Shown: in pieces, positions 8,251 through 17,484 of the stretch
Position numbering within the stretch: the stretch's first letter is position 1
Layout of the letters: each line of letters opens with the position of its first letter
NCBI GenBank assembly: GCA_040756235.1
Contig: JBFLZG010000054.1
Coordinates: 1-27,158, forward strand
Source of the DNA: a bacterium
GTDB taxonomy: Bacteria; Desulfobacterota; DSWW01
DNA: 27,158 bases
Reading direction: 5' to 3'
Made by a program: the position numbers and the translations under genes
The notes under the pieces: generated by a model
Database searches by the model: none
The model's input: only the letters and a program-made list of their open reading frames with translations
What the model was told of the DNA's origin: nothing

Positions 8251-9051
8251 ATGGACATCACCCTCTTCTATTGCACGCTGGTACTCTATGGCCTGGCGAC
8301 ATTGGGATATCTGGCCCATCTGGTCTGGCTGGAAAAGCCCGTCTGGAAGATCTCCAGGTGGCTTCTTTGGAGCGGCTTCCTGATCCAGTCGGCGAGCCTG
8401 GCGCTCCGCTGGCAAGCCGCGGGCTACACCTCCGTGACCGAGCGCTTCGAGGCCTTCTCCTTCTTTTCGTGGTTCCTCGTTGCGGTCTATCTGGCCATCC
8501 AGACTCGGAACGCCCTCCCGATCCTGGGCGCCTTTCTGACGCCCATGGCTCTCATCCTCCTGCTCATGGCGAGCTTCCGCTCCAAGCAGATTCCCCCGCT
8601 CACTCAGCTCTTCGACAGCCCCTGGCTCCCGTTGCACGTCTGGTTCGCCTTTCTCGGAGACGCGCTGCTCGGGGTCTCTGCGTGCCTGTCGGCCATGTAT
8701 CTCATCCAGGAGCGTCAACTCAAGAAGAAACGGATCAGCCGATTCTACTACCGGCTGCCCCCTCTGGACATGTTGGATCGCCTGAGCTACCGCTGCGTGA
8801 GCATCGGCTTCCCCGCCCTCACGATCGGAATCCTGACCGGGGCGTTCTGGCTGAAGACCGTCCAGGGCTCCTACATCGACTGGCGCGACGGCAGGCAGAC
8901 CGCCACGCTGCTGACCTGGTTTCTTTATGCCGCGTTGCTGCACGGCCGGCTCACGGCCGGCTGGAGAGGACGCCGCGTCGCCTGGCTCAACGTTCTCGGT
9001 TTCCTGGTCATCCTCATCACGTTTCTGGAGCTTTCCCATTTCATGCAATGA
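8251..9051 (+). CDS. ccsA: Cytochrome c assembly CcsA/HemX-family membrane protein with a degenerate WWD domain
   Basis: Multi-TM protein with SPWLPLHV, LPPLDMLDRLSYR, GILTGAFW, LLHGR..GWRGRR and a C-terminal His. Lies directly upstream of hemA. Confidence 0.85.
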   Translation: MDITLFYCTLVLYGLATLGYLAHLVWLEKPVWKISRWLLWSGFLIQSASLALRWQAAGYTSVTERFEAFSFFSWFLVAVYLAIQTRNALPILGAFLTPMALILLLMASFRSKQIPPLTQLFDSPWLPLHVWFAFLGDALLGVSACLSAMYLIQERQLKKKRISRFYYRLPPLDMLDRLSYRCVSIGFPALTIGILTGAFWLKTVQGSYIDWRDGRQTATLLTWFLYAALLHGRLTAGWRGRRVAWLNVLGFLVILITFLELSHFMQ

Positions 9052-9097
9052 CGCCCGGCTGCGGCCGGGGCTGGAGATACGGGGCTCCGACTCGACC

Positions 9098-10381
9098 ATG
9101 GATATTCTCTGCTTCGGCCTGAACCATGAGACCGCATCGGTTGCGGTGAGGGAGCGGCTCGCCTTCACGGAAGAGTCCCTTGCCTCGAGCCTGCAATGGC
9201 TCAAGGAGCTGCCCGGCATACGCGAGGCTTTCATCCTGTCCACGTGCAATCGCGTGGAATTCTACTTCGTGGCGGACGAGCCGAGCCAGGGTGAGGAGGC
9301 GCTCCGAAGGCTCCTGCGCGATCGCTTCGGGCTGGACCCGGCGGAGTGCGAGCGGTACCTGTATCGGTACGGCACGGGAGAAGCGGTGGCCCATCTCTTC
9401 CGCGTGACCTCGGGGATGGACTCCATGGTGATCGGCGAGCCCCAGATCGCAGGCCAGGTCAAGGACGCCTACCGCCACGCCATCGAGCAGGAGACGGCGG
9501 CCGCGATCTTCAATCGGCTGCTGCACAGGAGCTTGTTCGTCTCCAAACGGGTGCGCACCGAGACCGAGCTGGCCAGCCGCGCCGTGTCGGTGAGCTACGT
9601 GGCGGTGGAGCTCGCCAAGAAGATCTTCGGAGAGCTGCGCGACCGCACCGTGCTCCTCCTGGGCGCCGGCGAGATGGCGGAGCTGGCGGCCCGCCATCTG
9701 ACGGCGCAGGGCATCGGCGAGATGCTGGTCGCGAGCCGCACCCTGGAGCACGCCTGCAAGCTTGCCGCGGAGATGGGCGGAAGGGCGCTGCCCATGGGCG
9801 CCCTGGACGAGCACCTTCCCCGGGTGGACATTCTGATCTGCTCCACGGCCGCGCCCCAGTACGTGCTCGACGCCAGGCGCGTGCGCGAGGCCCTGCGTGG
9901 CAGGAAGCACAAGCCCATGTTCCTCATCGACATCGCCGTCCCTCGAAACATCGACCCGCAGGTGAACGAGATCGAAAACGTCTATGTCTATGACATGGAC
10001 GACCTGCAGAACGTGCTGCGGGCGAACATGGAGGAAAGGAAGCGGGAGCTGAAGAGGGCAGAGGCCATCGTGCAGGAGGAAGTCCGACAGTTCCGAGTCT
10101 GGCTGAACACCCTGGGCCTCGTGCCCACCATTGTGGCCCTCAAGGCCCATGCCGATCAGATTCGCAGGCAGGAGCTGCAGGAGGCCTTCTCGATTCTCAA
10201 GAGCCCTCTCAGCCAGGAACTGCGCGCCGTCATGGAAGGCATGAGCGAGGCGATCGTGAACAAGATCCTGCACGATCCGATCACGGAGCTCAAAAAGGCA
10301 GAGAAGCTCGGGGAGGCAGGCCCTCTGGCCGACGCCCTGCGCCGGCTGTTCTCGCTCAAGGCCGACCGGGGACACTCATGA
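9098..10381 (+). CDS. hemA: Glutamyl-tRNA reductase
   Basis: GLNH..A...RERLAF, catalytic STCNR, HLFRVTSGMDSMVIGEPQI, GAGEMA and DIAVPRNID. Start set at ATG 9098. Confidence 0.97.
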   Translation: MDILCFGLNHETASVAVRERLAFTEESLASSLQWLKELPGIREAFILSTCNRVEFYFVADEPSQGEEALRRLLRDRFGLDPAECERYLYRYGTGEAVAHLFRVTSGMDSMVIGEPQIAGQVKDAYRHAIEQETAAAIFNRLLHRSLFVSKRVRTETELASRAVSVSYVAVELAKKIFGELRDRTVLLLGAGEMAELAARHLTAQGIGEMLVASRTLEHACKLAAEMGGRALPMGALDEHLPRVDILICSTAAPQYVLDARRVREALRGRKHKPMFLIDIAVPRNIDPQVNEIENVYVYDMDDLQNVLRANMEERKRELKRAEAIVQEEVRQFRVWLNTLGLVPTIVALKAHADQIRRQELQEAFSILKSPLSQELRAVMEGMSEAIVNKILHDPITELKKAEKLGEAGPLADALRRLFSLKADRGHS

Positions 10382-11322
10382 GAAATGTCCTTCGCATCGG
10401 AACCCGCCGCAGCCCGCTGGCCGTGTGGCAGGCCGAGCACGTCAAGTCTCTCATCGAGCGACAGCACGCGGAGCTGAGCTGTACGCTGGTCCGCATCGTC
10501 ACCCAGGGCGACAAGATCCAGGACTCCCCTCTGGCCGGGATCGGAGGGAAGGGGCTCTTCGTCCAGGAAATCGAATCGGCCCTGGGTCGAGGGGAGATCG
10601 ACCTGGCCGTGCACAGCATGAAGGACCTTCCCGGAATCGTGCCCGCCGGACTGCGTCTGGCAGCGGTGCCGCCGCGGGAGGATTTCAGAGACGCTCTCGT
10701 CTGCCGCGAGCCCGCCGGGTCCCTGGATACGCTGCCCCAGGGCGCCTGCGTCGGCACCGGCAGCCTGCGCCGGACCGCCCAACTCCGATCCTACCGCAAG
10801 GACCTGCGCATCGAACCGGTCAGGGGAAACGTGGAGACCCGGCTGCGCAAGCTCGACGAGGGGCGCTTCGACGCCATCGTCCTGGCCGCAGCCGGCCTCA
10901 AACGGCTCGGCCTCTCGAGCCGGATCAGCGAGCTCCTGGAGCCCGGCGTTTGCCTGCCCGCCATCGGACAGGGGGTGCTCGCTATTGAAATTCGCGAGGA
11001 CGACGCCGAGCTCGCCCGCTGGCTCGACCCCCTGAACCATCCGCCTTCGGCCGCTGCCGCCGCAGCCGAAAGGGCGTTCCTTGCGGGGATGGAAGGAAGC
11101 TGCGAAGTGCCGGTCGCCGGCCTGGCAGAGCTGCGCGGCCCGAACTTGACCCTGACCGGCCTGATCGCCAGCCTGGACGGTTCCACCTGCATCCGCAGAA
11201 GCGCCGCCGGGGCACCCCAGGAGGCCGCCACACTGGGGTCCAGGCTGGCCGCCGAGGTCCGGTCAGCCGGGGGCGAGGCCATTCTCGCCGCCATCCTCGG
11301 CCAGGAGAGGAATCCTCCATGA
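10378..11322 (+). CDS. hemC: Hydroxymethylbilane synthase (porphobilinogen deaminase)
   Basis: IGTRRSPLA, GGKGLFV, AVHSMKD, GTGSLRR, RGNVETRL and cofactor Cys in EGSCEVP. ATGA overlap with hemA. Confidence 0.97.
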   Translation: MRNVLRIGTRRSPLAVWQAEHVKSLIERQHAELSCTLVRIVTQGDKIQDSPLAGIGGKGLFVQEIESALGRGEIDLAVHSMKDLPGIVPAGLRLAAVPPREDFRDALVCREPAGSLDTLPQGACVGTGSLRRTAQLRSYRKDLRIEPVRGNVETRLRKLDEGRFDAIVLAAAGLKRLGLSSRISELLEPGVCLPAIGQGVLAIEIREDDAELARWLDPLNHPPSAAAAAAERAFLAGMEGSCEVPVAGLAELRGPNLTLTGLIASLDGSTCIRRSAAGAPQEAATLGSRLAAEVRSAGGEAILAAILGQERNPP

Positions 11323-12185
11323 ACGCCTCCCGAGGGCCTCTGGCCGGATGGCGCGTTCTGGTTCCCCGCGATCCCTCGCAGGCGGAAGCGTTCTGCCACA
11401 AGCTGGATCAACTCGGCGCCGTTCCGGTCCCCTGCCCCCTCATCGCTTTCGTGCCGCCCGCGGACTGGGGTCCCGTGGATCGCGCTCTCGAGGCGCTCCC
11501 GCTCTACGCCGGGATCCTTTTCACCAGCGCCAATGCAGTCCGGTTCTTTTTCTCCAGGGCGCAGGAGACGGAAGTCCCGCTCGCCGCCCTTGCTCTCCTC
11601 CCCTGTTTCGCCGTCGGCCCCGCCACGGCATCGGTCCTGCGCCAGCGCGGGCTCTCGGTCCAGGCCTTGCCCGAGCGTTTCCAGGCCGAAGGGCTGTGCA
11701 GCCTGCTCGACGCCCAGGCACCGGCGGGCAAGCGGTTCCTGTTCCCGCGAGCCAGGGAGGCGCGGGAGGTCCTGGCGGGCTATTTGCAGGAAAGGGGCGC
11801 CCGGGTCGACACCGTCATCGTTTACGAGACCCGCACGGCCATCGAGAACCGCGAGCGCCTGCGCCACCTCCTGGAAAGCGGGGGGGTCGACGTACTCACC
11901 TTCACCTCCCCTTCCACGGTACGGGCCTTCGCGGAGCTCGCACCCGCGGACCAGCGGGCCTCCTCCTGGCGCAACATCCCGGCGGCCTGCATCGGAGAGG
12001 TGACCGCAAGGTCTGCTCGGGCGCACGGCTTCTCCCGCGTGCTCGTGGCGCCGCTGGCCACCGCCGAGTCCCTGGCCCAGGTGATCCTGGAGCTCGCGCC
12101 GGCGGGCCGGCAGGGCGACGGTACCGGGCCGGCCGGCGGCCCTGCGGGGCAGCGCGGCCCGTCCCTTCCAACCTCACACTCGTAG
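11319..12185 (+). CDS. hemD: Uroporphyrinogen-III synthase (stand-alone)
   Basis: FTSANAV, AVGPATA, VYET, FTSPSTV and CIGEVTA. ATGA overlap with hemC. Confidence 0.93.
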   Translation: MNASRGPLAGWRVLVPRDPSQAEAFCHKLDQLGAVPVPCPLIAFVPPADWGPVDRALEALPLYAGILFTSANAVRFFFSRAQETEVPLAALALLPCFAVGPATASVLRQRGLSVQALPERFQAEGLCSLLDAQAPAGKRFLFPRAREAREVLAGYLQERGARVDTVIVYETRTAIENRERLRHLLESGGVDVLTFTSPSTVRAFAELAPADQRASSWRNIPAACIGEVTARSARAHGFSRVLVAPLATAESLAQVILELAPAGRQGDGTGPAGGPAGQRGPSLPTSHS

Positions 12186-12197
12186 GAGCCCGACATC

Positions 12198-13184
12198 ATG
12201 CCGTACCCCGAAGAACGTCTGCGCCGTCTGCGCAGGACCGGAGCCCTGAGAAGCATGGTCCGGGAAACGTCGCTCAGCGTCTGCGACCTCATCTATCCCC
12301 TGTTCGTGGTCGAAGGGAGCGGCCTGGCCCAGGATGTCCCCTCCATGCCGGGCGTCCGAAGGTTTTCCCCCGACCGGCTCGGTCGCGAGATCGAGGAGGT
12401 CGTCTCGCTGGGCGTGCCGTCGGTCCTGCTGTTCGGCATTCCTTCTGAGAAGGATGCCTTGGGCTCCCGGGCCTATGACGACAACGGGGTCGTGCAGCAG
12501 GCGATCCGCGTCCTCAAGAAGCAGGCGCCTGAGCTGGTCGTCATCACCGACGTCTGCCTGTGCGAATACACCAGCCACGGTCACTGCGGGGTGATCCAGG
12601 CCCAAGAAGTGATGAATGATCCCACGGTGGAGTTGCTCGGCCGCATGGCCCTCTCCCATGCCCGGGCCGGAGCCGACATCGTGGCCCCTTCGGACATGAT
12701 GGACGGCCGCATCCGGGCGCTGCGCAGCTCCCTGGATCAGGCCGGGTTCACGCACCTGCCCATCATGAGCTACGCCGCCAAGTTCGCCTCCGCCTTCTAC
12801 GGCCCCTTTCGCGAGGCCGCCGAGAGCACGCCGGCCTTCGGCGACCGGCGCTCCTATCAGATGGATCCGGCCAACCGCCGCGAGGCGCTCCGGGAAGTGC
12901 TGCTCGACATCGAGGAGGGAGCCGACATCGTGATGGTCAAACCGGCTCTGTGCTATCTGGATATCCTGCGCGAAGTGCGGGAGACCTGCCGCCACCCGCT
13001 GGCCGCCTACAACGTGAGCGGTGAGTACGCCATGGTCAAGGCCGCGGCCGAGCGCGGCTGGATCGACGGGGAGCGGATCATGCTGGAGATCCTGCTCGGC
13101 ATCAAGCGCGCCGGGGCCGATCTCATCCTCACGTACTTCGCCAAGGAGGCTGCCCGCGTCCTGGGCTCGGGCCGTGCCGCTTGA
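12198..13184 (+). CDS. hemB: Porphobilinogen synthase (ALA dehydratase), Zn-Cys type
   Basis: [41 protein letters not shown] and YNVSGEY. Confidence 0.97.
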   Translation: MPYPEERLRRLRRTGALRSMVRETSLSVCDLIYPLFVVEGSGLAQDVPSMPGVRRFSPDRLGREIEEVVSLGVPSVLLFGIPSEKDALGSRAYDDNGVVQQAIRVLKKQAPELVVITDVCLCEYTSHGHCGVIQAQEVMNDPTVELLGRMALSHARAGADIVAPSDMMDGRIRALRSSLDQAGFTHLPIMSYAAKFASAFYGPFREAAESTPAFGDRRSYQMDPANRREALREVLLDIEEGADIVMVKPALCYLDILREVRETCRHPLAAYNVSGEYAMVKAAAERGWIDGERIMLEILLGIKRAGADLILTYFAKEAARVLGSGRAA

Positions 13185-13289
13185 GGGCTCACGATGCCGG
13201 ACTGCAAGGCGCGGGCGCCGGGCCTCGGAACCCCGGGCAGGGAGCACCGCGGACCGTATCCAACCGATAGCAGCAGCCGCGGAGAGGAG

Positions 13290-13481
13290 ATGATCGAATA
13301 CAAGGTCGTCGAGGTCGCCGACGTGGTCGAGGAGAAGCTCGAAGAGGCCCTCAATCACTGGACCCGAAGGGGATGGCGGCTGGATGGCATGCACTTCGTC
13401 GTCAAGGAGACCGCCAGGAGGCCTTCCATGGCCTTCCTCCTGTTCGTGAAACGGCCCGGCGACGGAGAGGAGGCTGCATGA
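13290..13481 (+). CDS. Small DUF4177-like protein (63 aa)
   Basis: Pattern EYKVV...LEEALN.W...GW.L... F.K/R. RBS GGAGAGG upstream. Its stop overlaps the nagZ start (ATGA). Confidence 0.75.
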   Translation: MIEYKVVEVADVVEEKLEEALNHWTRRGWRLDGMHFVVKETARRPSMAFLLFVKRPGDGEEAA

Positions 13482-14578
13482 GCCCCATGGGCGAGGCACT
13501 GGGCCAGCTGTTTCTCATCGGCTTTCACGGCACCGAGCCGGACCGCTCCCTCTCGGATCTGATCCGTTCCGAGAATCCGGCGGGCGTCATCCTGTTTCGC
13601 AGGAACCTGATCGATCCGGAGCAGATCCTCAGGCTCACCGACTCCCTCCAGAAGGCTGCGGGCCCGTCGACTCTGTTCGTCGCCATCGATCAGGAAGGCG
13701 GACGGGTGGGCCGCTTGCCGCACCCGTTCACCCGCTTCCCTTCGTGTCGGGCCCTGGGCAGGTCGGCTTCCGCGCGGCTCGCCCGGACGTGCGCCGAGGT
13801 GACCGCGAGAGAGCTTCGGGCCGTGGGGATCAACTTCAACTTCGCCCCGGTCCTGGACGTCGATACCAACCCCTCGAACCCCGTCATCGGCTCCCGCGCT
13901 TTCAGCAGCGATCCTGATGAGGTGGCCAGACTCGGGCTGGCGGTGCTGGCAGGTTTTCGCAGGGAGCACGTGCTGGGCCTCGTGAAGCATTTCCCCGGGC
14001 ACGGGGATACGGCGGAGGACTCGCATCTGGCGCTTCCCACGGTCGCCCACCCCCGGGCCCGGCTGGAGAAGGTCGAGCTCGCTCCGTTCCGCTCGGTCTT
14101 CGCTCATCCCGGCGGTCCCGACGCCCTGATGTCCGCGCACGTGCTCTACCCTGCCATGGACCCCGAGATGCCTGCCACGCTGAGCCCGGGCATCCTGACC
14201 GTGCTTCTCCGGCGCAAGATGGGATTTCAGGGGATCGTGGTGACCGATGACCTGGAGATGCACGCCATCGCCGACCGCTTCGGCCCCGAGGAGGCCGCGT
14301 GCCGCGCCTTGGCCGCCGGAGCCGACCAGATCCTGTTCTGCCACACCCCATCCCATCTCACCTCGTGTCGGGCCGCTGTCGAGCGGGCGCTCGCCGCCGG
14401 ATCCCTTGCAGAGTCCCGCGTGCTCGAAGCGTTGCACAGAGTTCGCGTCCTCAAGGCCAGGGCTCTCCGTCCCAGCCAGCCAGGGGACGAGCGCTCCGCC
14501 CTGCTGAAAACGATCGGCTCCTCCGAGCACCATGCAATCGCCGAATCCGCTTATCGGTATGAGCAGGAGAGCTGCTAG
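13478..14578 (+). CDS. nagZ: Beta-N-acetylhexosaminidase (GH3, NagZ)
   Basis: GVILFRRN, IDQEGGRV, NFAPVLD, KHFPGHG...DSH and nucleophile TDDLEM. Start set at ATG 13478. Confidence 0.93.
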   Translation: MSPMGEALGQLFLIGFHGTEPDRSLSDLIRSENPAGVILFRRNLIDPEQILRLTDSLQKAAGPSTLFVAIDQEGGRVGRLPHPFTRFPSCRALGRSASARLARTCAEVTARELRAVGINFNFAPVLDVDTNPSNPVIGSRAFSSDPDEVARLGLAVLAGFRREHVLGLVKHFPGHGDTAEDSHLALPTVAHPRARLEKVELAPFRSVFAHPGGPDALMSAHVLYPAMDPEMPATLSPGILTVLLRRKMGFQGIVVTDDLEMHAIADRFGPEEAACRALAAGADQILFCHTPSHLTSCRAAVERALAAGSLAESRVLEALHRVRVLKARALRPSQPGDERSALLKTIGSSEHHAIAESAYRYEQESC

Positions 14579-14598
14579 GCCGGGCTTGCCCTTCGCTG

Positions 14599-14628
14599 AT
14601 AGGAGCGACCGGCTGGTCGCCCCTGCCG
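14599..14628. repeat. GTAG-type REP-like palindrome, copy 2
   Basis: ATAGGAGCGACCGGCTGGTCGCCCCTGCCG. Its reverse complement matches 1239-1265 with 2 mismatches over 27 nt. Lies about 20 nt after the nagZ stop. Confidence 0.65.
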
Positions 14629-14765
14629 ATTCAGGTCGATTCCAGGCCCCCCGACGAGGCGCCTTCCCGACCTGCCATGTGAGATTCGCACCGCGATCAC
14701 CGCGGTTGCAATGCAGTACCTTAAGATCGGGGAGCTAAGAGCCGATGGTAAATGGCGAAAAGGTC

Positions 14766-14793
14766 TTGACCTGATTTCCCTTGAGAGTATACT
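14766..14793 (+). promoter_or_regulatory. Sigma70-type promoter for the transpeptidase gene
   Basis: TTGACC (14766-14771), 16 bp, TATACT (14788-14793), 70 nt upstream of ATG 14863. Confidence 0.6.
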
Positions 14794-14862
14794 GAGCGCG
14801 CTCTTGGGATCCGTCTTGGTGTCGATGGCTCAGCCTCTCAACGGTCGCACAGAGTCCGCCCG

Positions 14863-16176
14863 ATGCTGCACGGAAGACGGTACTTTTACGTAAAGAGTCG
14901 CCGGAGCGGCCGACAACCGACGCGTCGGTCGCAGGCAAAGGCGCTTACGGCCCTGCTATGCGTCCTCCTGGGCGCCCTGTTCCTTTCCCTTCTGTCCCGC
15001 AAATGCCAGGATCCGCCCCGGTACCCGATCCGGACCGGTGACCTCGACGGACTTCGCCCCACCCCCCAAGCCGCCACGGCCGCCCTCGCTCCGATAGACG
15101 ATATCCTGTTGCAGGCCATGGTCGGACTGGACGGCACCTCGTGCCTCGAGATCCCTTCACGGCTCGATGCGACCTACGCGGTTCAGACGACCCTGGACGA
15201 GCGCTTCCAGCAACTGGCCGAGACCAGGCTCGCCTCCAGCATGGCCATGGGCGGCGTCGTCATGGCGCTCGAGCCGCTGTCGGGTCGCACCCTGGCGTTG
15301 ACGACGTACAACGAGGATCCCTCCCAGCCTCTCGCCTTCTTCTGGAAGGCCTATCCTGCCGCATCCATTTTCAAGATCGTGACCGCCTCCGCCGCCCTGG
15401 AGATGGGACTGCTGGGACCCGACTCCATCCTTACTTACAACGGAGGCCCTTACATCCTCTGCAAGCGCAATCTGTCAGACAAGACCTACTCCTGGTCGAA
15501 CCGCGTCACCCTTTCGGAGGCCTTCGCGCGCTCGCTGAATCCGGTGTTCGGCAAGATCGGCATCTACGTGCTCGGCAGGGAGTCCCTGGAGAGGTTCGGT
15601 TCGGCCTTCTTCTTCAACCAGGCTCCCGCATGCGAAGTGCCCTTCGAGACGGCCAGGCTCAGCGTTCCCGGCGACACGTTCGGCATCGCGGAGATCGCCA
15701 GCGGGTTCAATCGCACGACCGTTCTCGCACCCGTGCAGGCCGCCTGGATCGGGGCCGCCATCTTGTCAGGAGGTGCGGCGCCCGCTCCCTGGCTGGTCGA
15801 AACCGTGCGCGAAGGCGCGGGCGAACCGATCTATGCGCATGAGGACGAGGTCCCCGTGCGGTTCACCTCGCCGGCGGTCGCGAGCCGCATGAAGGAGCTG
15901 ATGGAGGACACGATTCACCGCGGGACCTGCAGGAGAAGCTTCGCGCCTGCCGGCCGCTACCGTCATCTCCGTTCCGTCTGCTTCGGAGGAAAGACCGGGA
16001 ACATCAACGATGACACGGACAGCATGAAATTCGACTGGTTCGTCGGGTATGGCGAGGAAAAGCCGGAGGGCCGCTCGGTCGTTCTGTGCGTCCTGATGCT
16101 CCACGGTCCCAGGCTCGGACACCGGGCCAACCGAGTCGCCTTCGACCTGTTCAATCAGTATTTTCGGTCCGAATAG
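14863..16176 (+). CDS. Penicillin-binding transpeptidase-domain protein (short, single TM, no transglycosylase)
   Basis: Basic N-terminus plus one TM helix. QTTLD, SIFK (SxxK), SLN (SxN), KTG and DWFVGY. Confidence 0.88.
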   Translation: MLHGRRYFYVKSRRSGRQPTRRSQAKALTALLCVLLGALFLSLLSRKCQDPPRYPIRTGDLDGLRPTPQAATAALAPIDDILLQAMVGLDGTSCLEIPSRLDATYAVQTTLDERFQQLAETRLASSMAMGGVVMALEPLSGRTLALTTYNEDPSQPLAFFWKAYPAASIFKIVTASAALEMGLLGPDSILTYNGGPYILCKRNLSDKTYSWSNRVTLSEAFARSLNPVFGKIGIYVLGRESLERFGSAFFFNQAPACEVPFETARLSVPGDTFGIAEIASGFNRTTVLAPVQAAWIGAAILSGGAAPAPWLVETVREGAGEPIYAHEDEVPVRFTSPAVASRMKELMEDTIHRGTCRRSFAPAGRYRHLRSVCFGGKTGNINDDTDSMKFDWFVGYGEEKPEGRSVVLCVLMLHGPRLGHRANRVAFDLFNQYFRSE

Positions 16177-16205
16177 GTGAACCTAGAACCTGAAACCCGG
16201 GCTTC

Positions 16206-17453
16206 TCAGAAGGCACGCTCCAGGACGTGCACCGTCATGGAGGCTTCCTCGACCCCGATGTTGCCGCCCCCGTTTTCCGTCAGACCGATGCGCGCGCCTT
16301 GCACCTGCCTCTTGCCCGCCTCGCCTCGGAGCTGGGTGACGATTTCGTGAATCTGCGCGAGCCCCGAAGCTCCGATCGGGTGGCCTCGCGACTCCAGACC
16401 CCCGGAGGTGTTGATGGGGAGCCGGCCGCCCAGCCGCGTGGCGCCGCTCTCGGCCAGGGGTCCACCCTGTCCTTCAGGACAGAAGCCCATGACTTCGCTC
16501 TGATGCAGCTCTCCGTAGGCCGTCGCGTCGTGCAGCTCGGCGACGTGCACGTCCGCGGGGCCGATCCCGGATTTCTCGTAGGCCAGTCTGCTCAGGCGGG
16601 CCCCGATATCCAAGCCGTCGTCGAAGCCGCGGTGCATTCCGGACCCGAGCACCGAAGCCCTCACTCTGACCGGCCTTGCACCGGAGCACTTCTTCAAGAA
16701 CTTTTCCGAGCACAGGATCGCCGCCGCCGCACCGTCCCCGACCGGGGCGCACATGGGGCGCGTGAGAGGCCAGGAGACCAGCTTGTCGGCCAGCACCTGC
16801 TCGACGCTCATGTCCTTCTGGATCTGGGCGAGGGGATTCAGGCTGCTGTGGAAGTGGTTCTTCGCCGAGATCACGGCCAGTTGCCTCTGCGTGCTTCCGT
16901 ACTTGCCCATGTGCCAGCGGGCCCCCGCGGCGTAGATGTCCATGAACACGCTCCTGGCGCCGCCCGGGTCCTGGAACTCCTTCGGCACTTCCGCCATCGG
17001 GATGTGCTTGGACATGGCGAGGATCTCCTCCATGTGCTGAGCGAACCCTTCGACATCCAGGCAGGTGGCGTACGACTTGAACGATACCATCTTGTCCGGG
17101 TGTGAGATCTTCTCCACCCCCAGGGCCAGAGCCACGTCGTACATCTCGGCGCGGATGGCCGTATAGGCCAGGTGGAACCCGGTGGAGGCACCGGCGCAGG
17201 CGTTCTCCGTGTTGACGATCGGGATGCCCTCGATGCGCAACGGGTACAGCAGGACCTCGCCGCGAATGGAGTGCTGATCGCTGTACATCCCCCAGAAGGT
17301 GTTCGCTACGTAGGCCGCCTCGATGCTTTGCTTCTCCAGACGCGCATCCTTCAGAACCAGATCCACGGCCTGCGCGCCCATGCCCTTCACCGTTGCGTCC
17401 AGATACTTCCCGAACCGGATCATGCCGATGCCGAGGACGTACACTTCTGCCAT
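16206..17453 (-). CDS. Thiolase family protein, SCP2/SCP-x type
   Basis: ENACAGAS (Cys nucleophile), DGAAA, ELHDA, INTSGG..RGHPIGASG and ENGGG. Start ATG 17453 after an AAGGGG RBS. Confidence 0.92.
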   Translation of the reverse strand: MAEVYVLGIGMIRFGKYLDATVKGMGAQAVDLVLKDARLEKQSIEAAYVANTFWGMYSDQHSIRGEVLLYPLRIEGIPIVNTENACAGASTGFHLAYTAIRAEMYDVALALGVEKISHPDKMVSFKSYATCLDVEGFAQHMEEILAMSKHIPMAEVPKEFQDPGGARSVFMDIYAAGARWHMGKYGSTQRQLAVISAKNHFHSSLNPLAQIQKDMSVEQVLADKLVSWPLTRPMCAPVGDGAAAAILCSEKFLKKCSGARPVRVRASVLGSGMHRGFDDGLDIGARLSRLAYEKSGIGPADVHVAELHDATAYGELHQSEVMGFCPEGQGGPLAESGATRLGGRLPINTSGGLESRGHPIGASGLAQIHEIVTQLRGEAGKRQVQGARIGLTENGGGNIGVEEASMTVHVLERAF

Positions 17454-17484
17454 GTCATCCCCCTTCAAGAAGAGCCTCTTCCTG

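Noticed and set aside
8927..9097. Upstream extensions of the hemA ORF, and likewise of the nagZ, hemE, thiolase, DUF2333 and DUF4177 ORFs
   Set aside because: They overlap neighbouring genes, promoters or repeats. Family homology begins at the downstream starts used, most of which also have an RBS.
9041..10375. Long antisense or alternate-frame ORFs (e.g. 9041-10375, 3166-4461, 12174-13499, 18664-20139, 24560-26059)
   Set aside because: Typical of high-GC DNA opposite real genes. They have no recognisable motifs and lie largely over well-supported CDSs.
14711..14893. 60-aa ORF upstream of the transpeptidase gene
   Set aside because: It has no RBS or motif, spans the predicted promoter and overlaps the downstream gene start.
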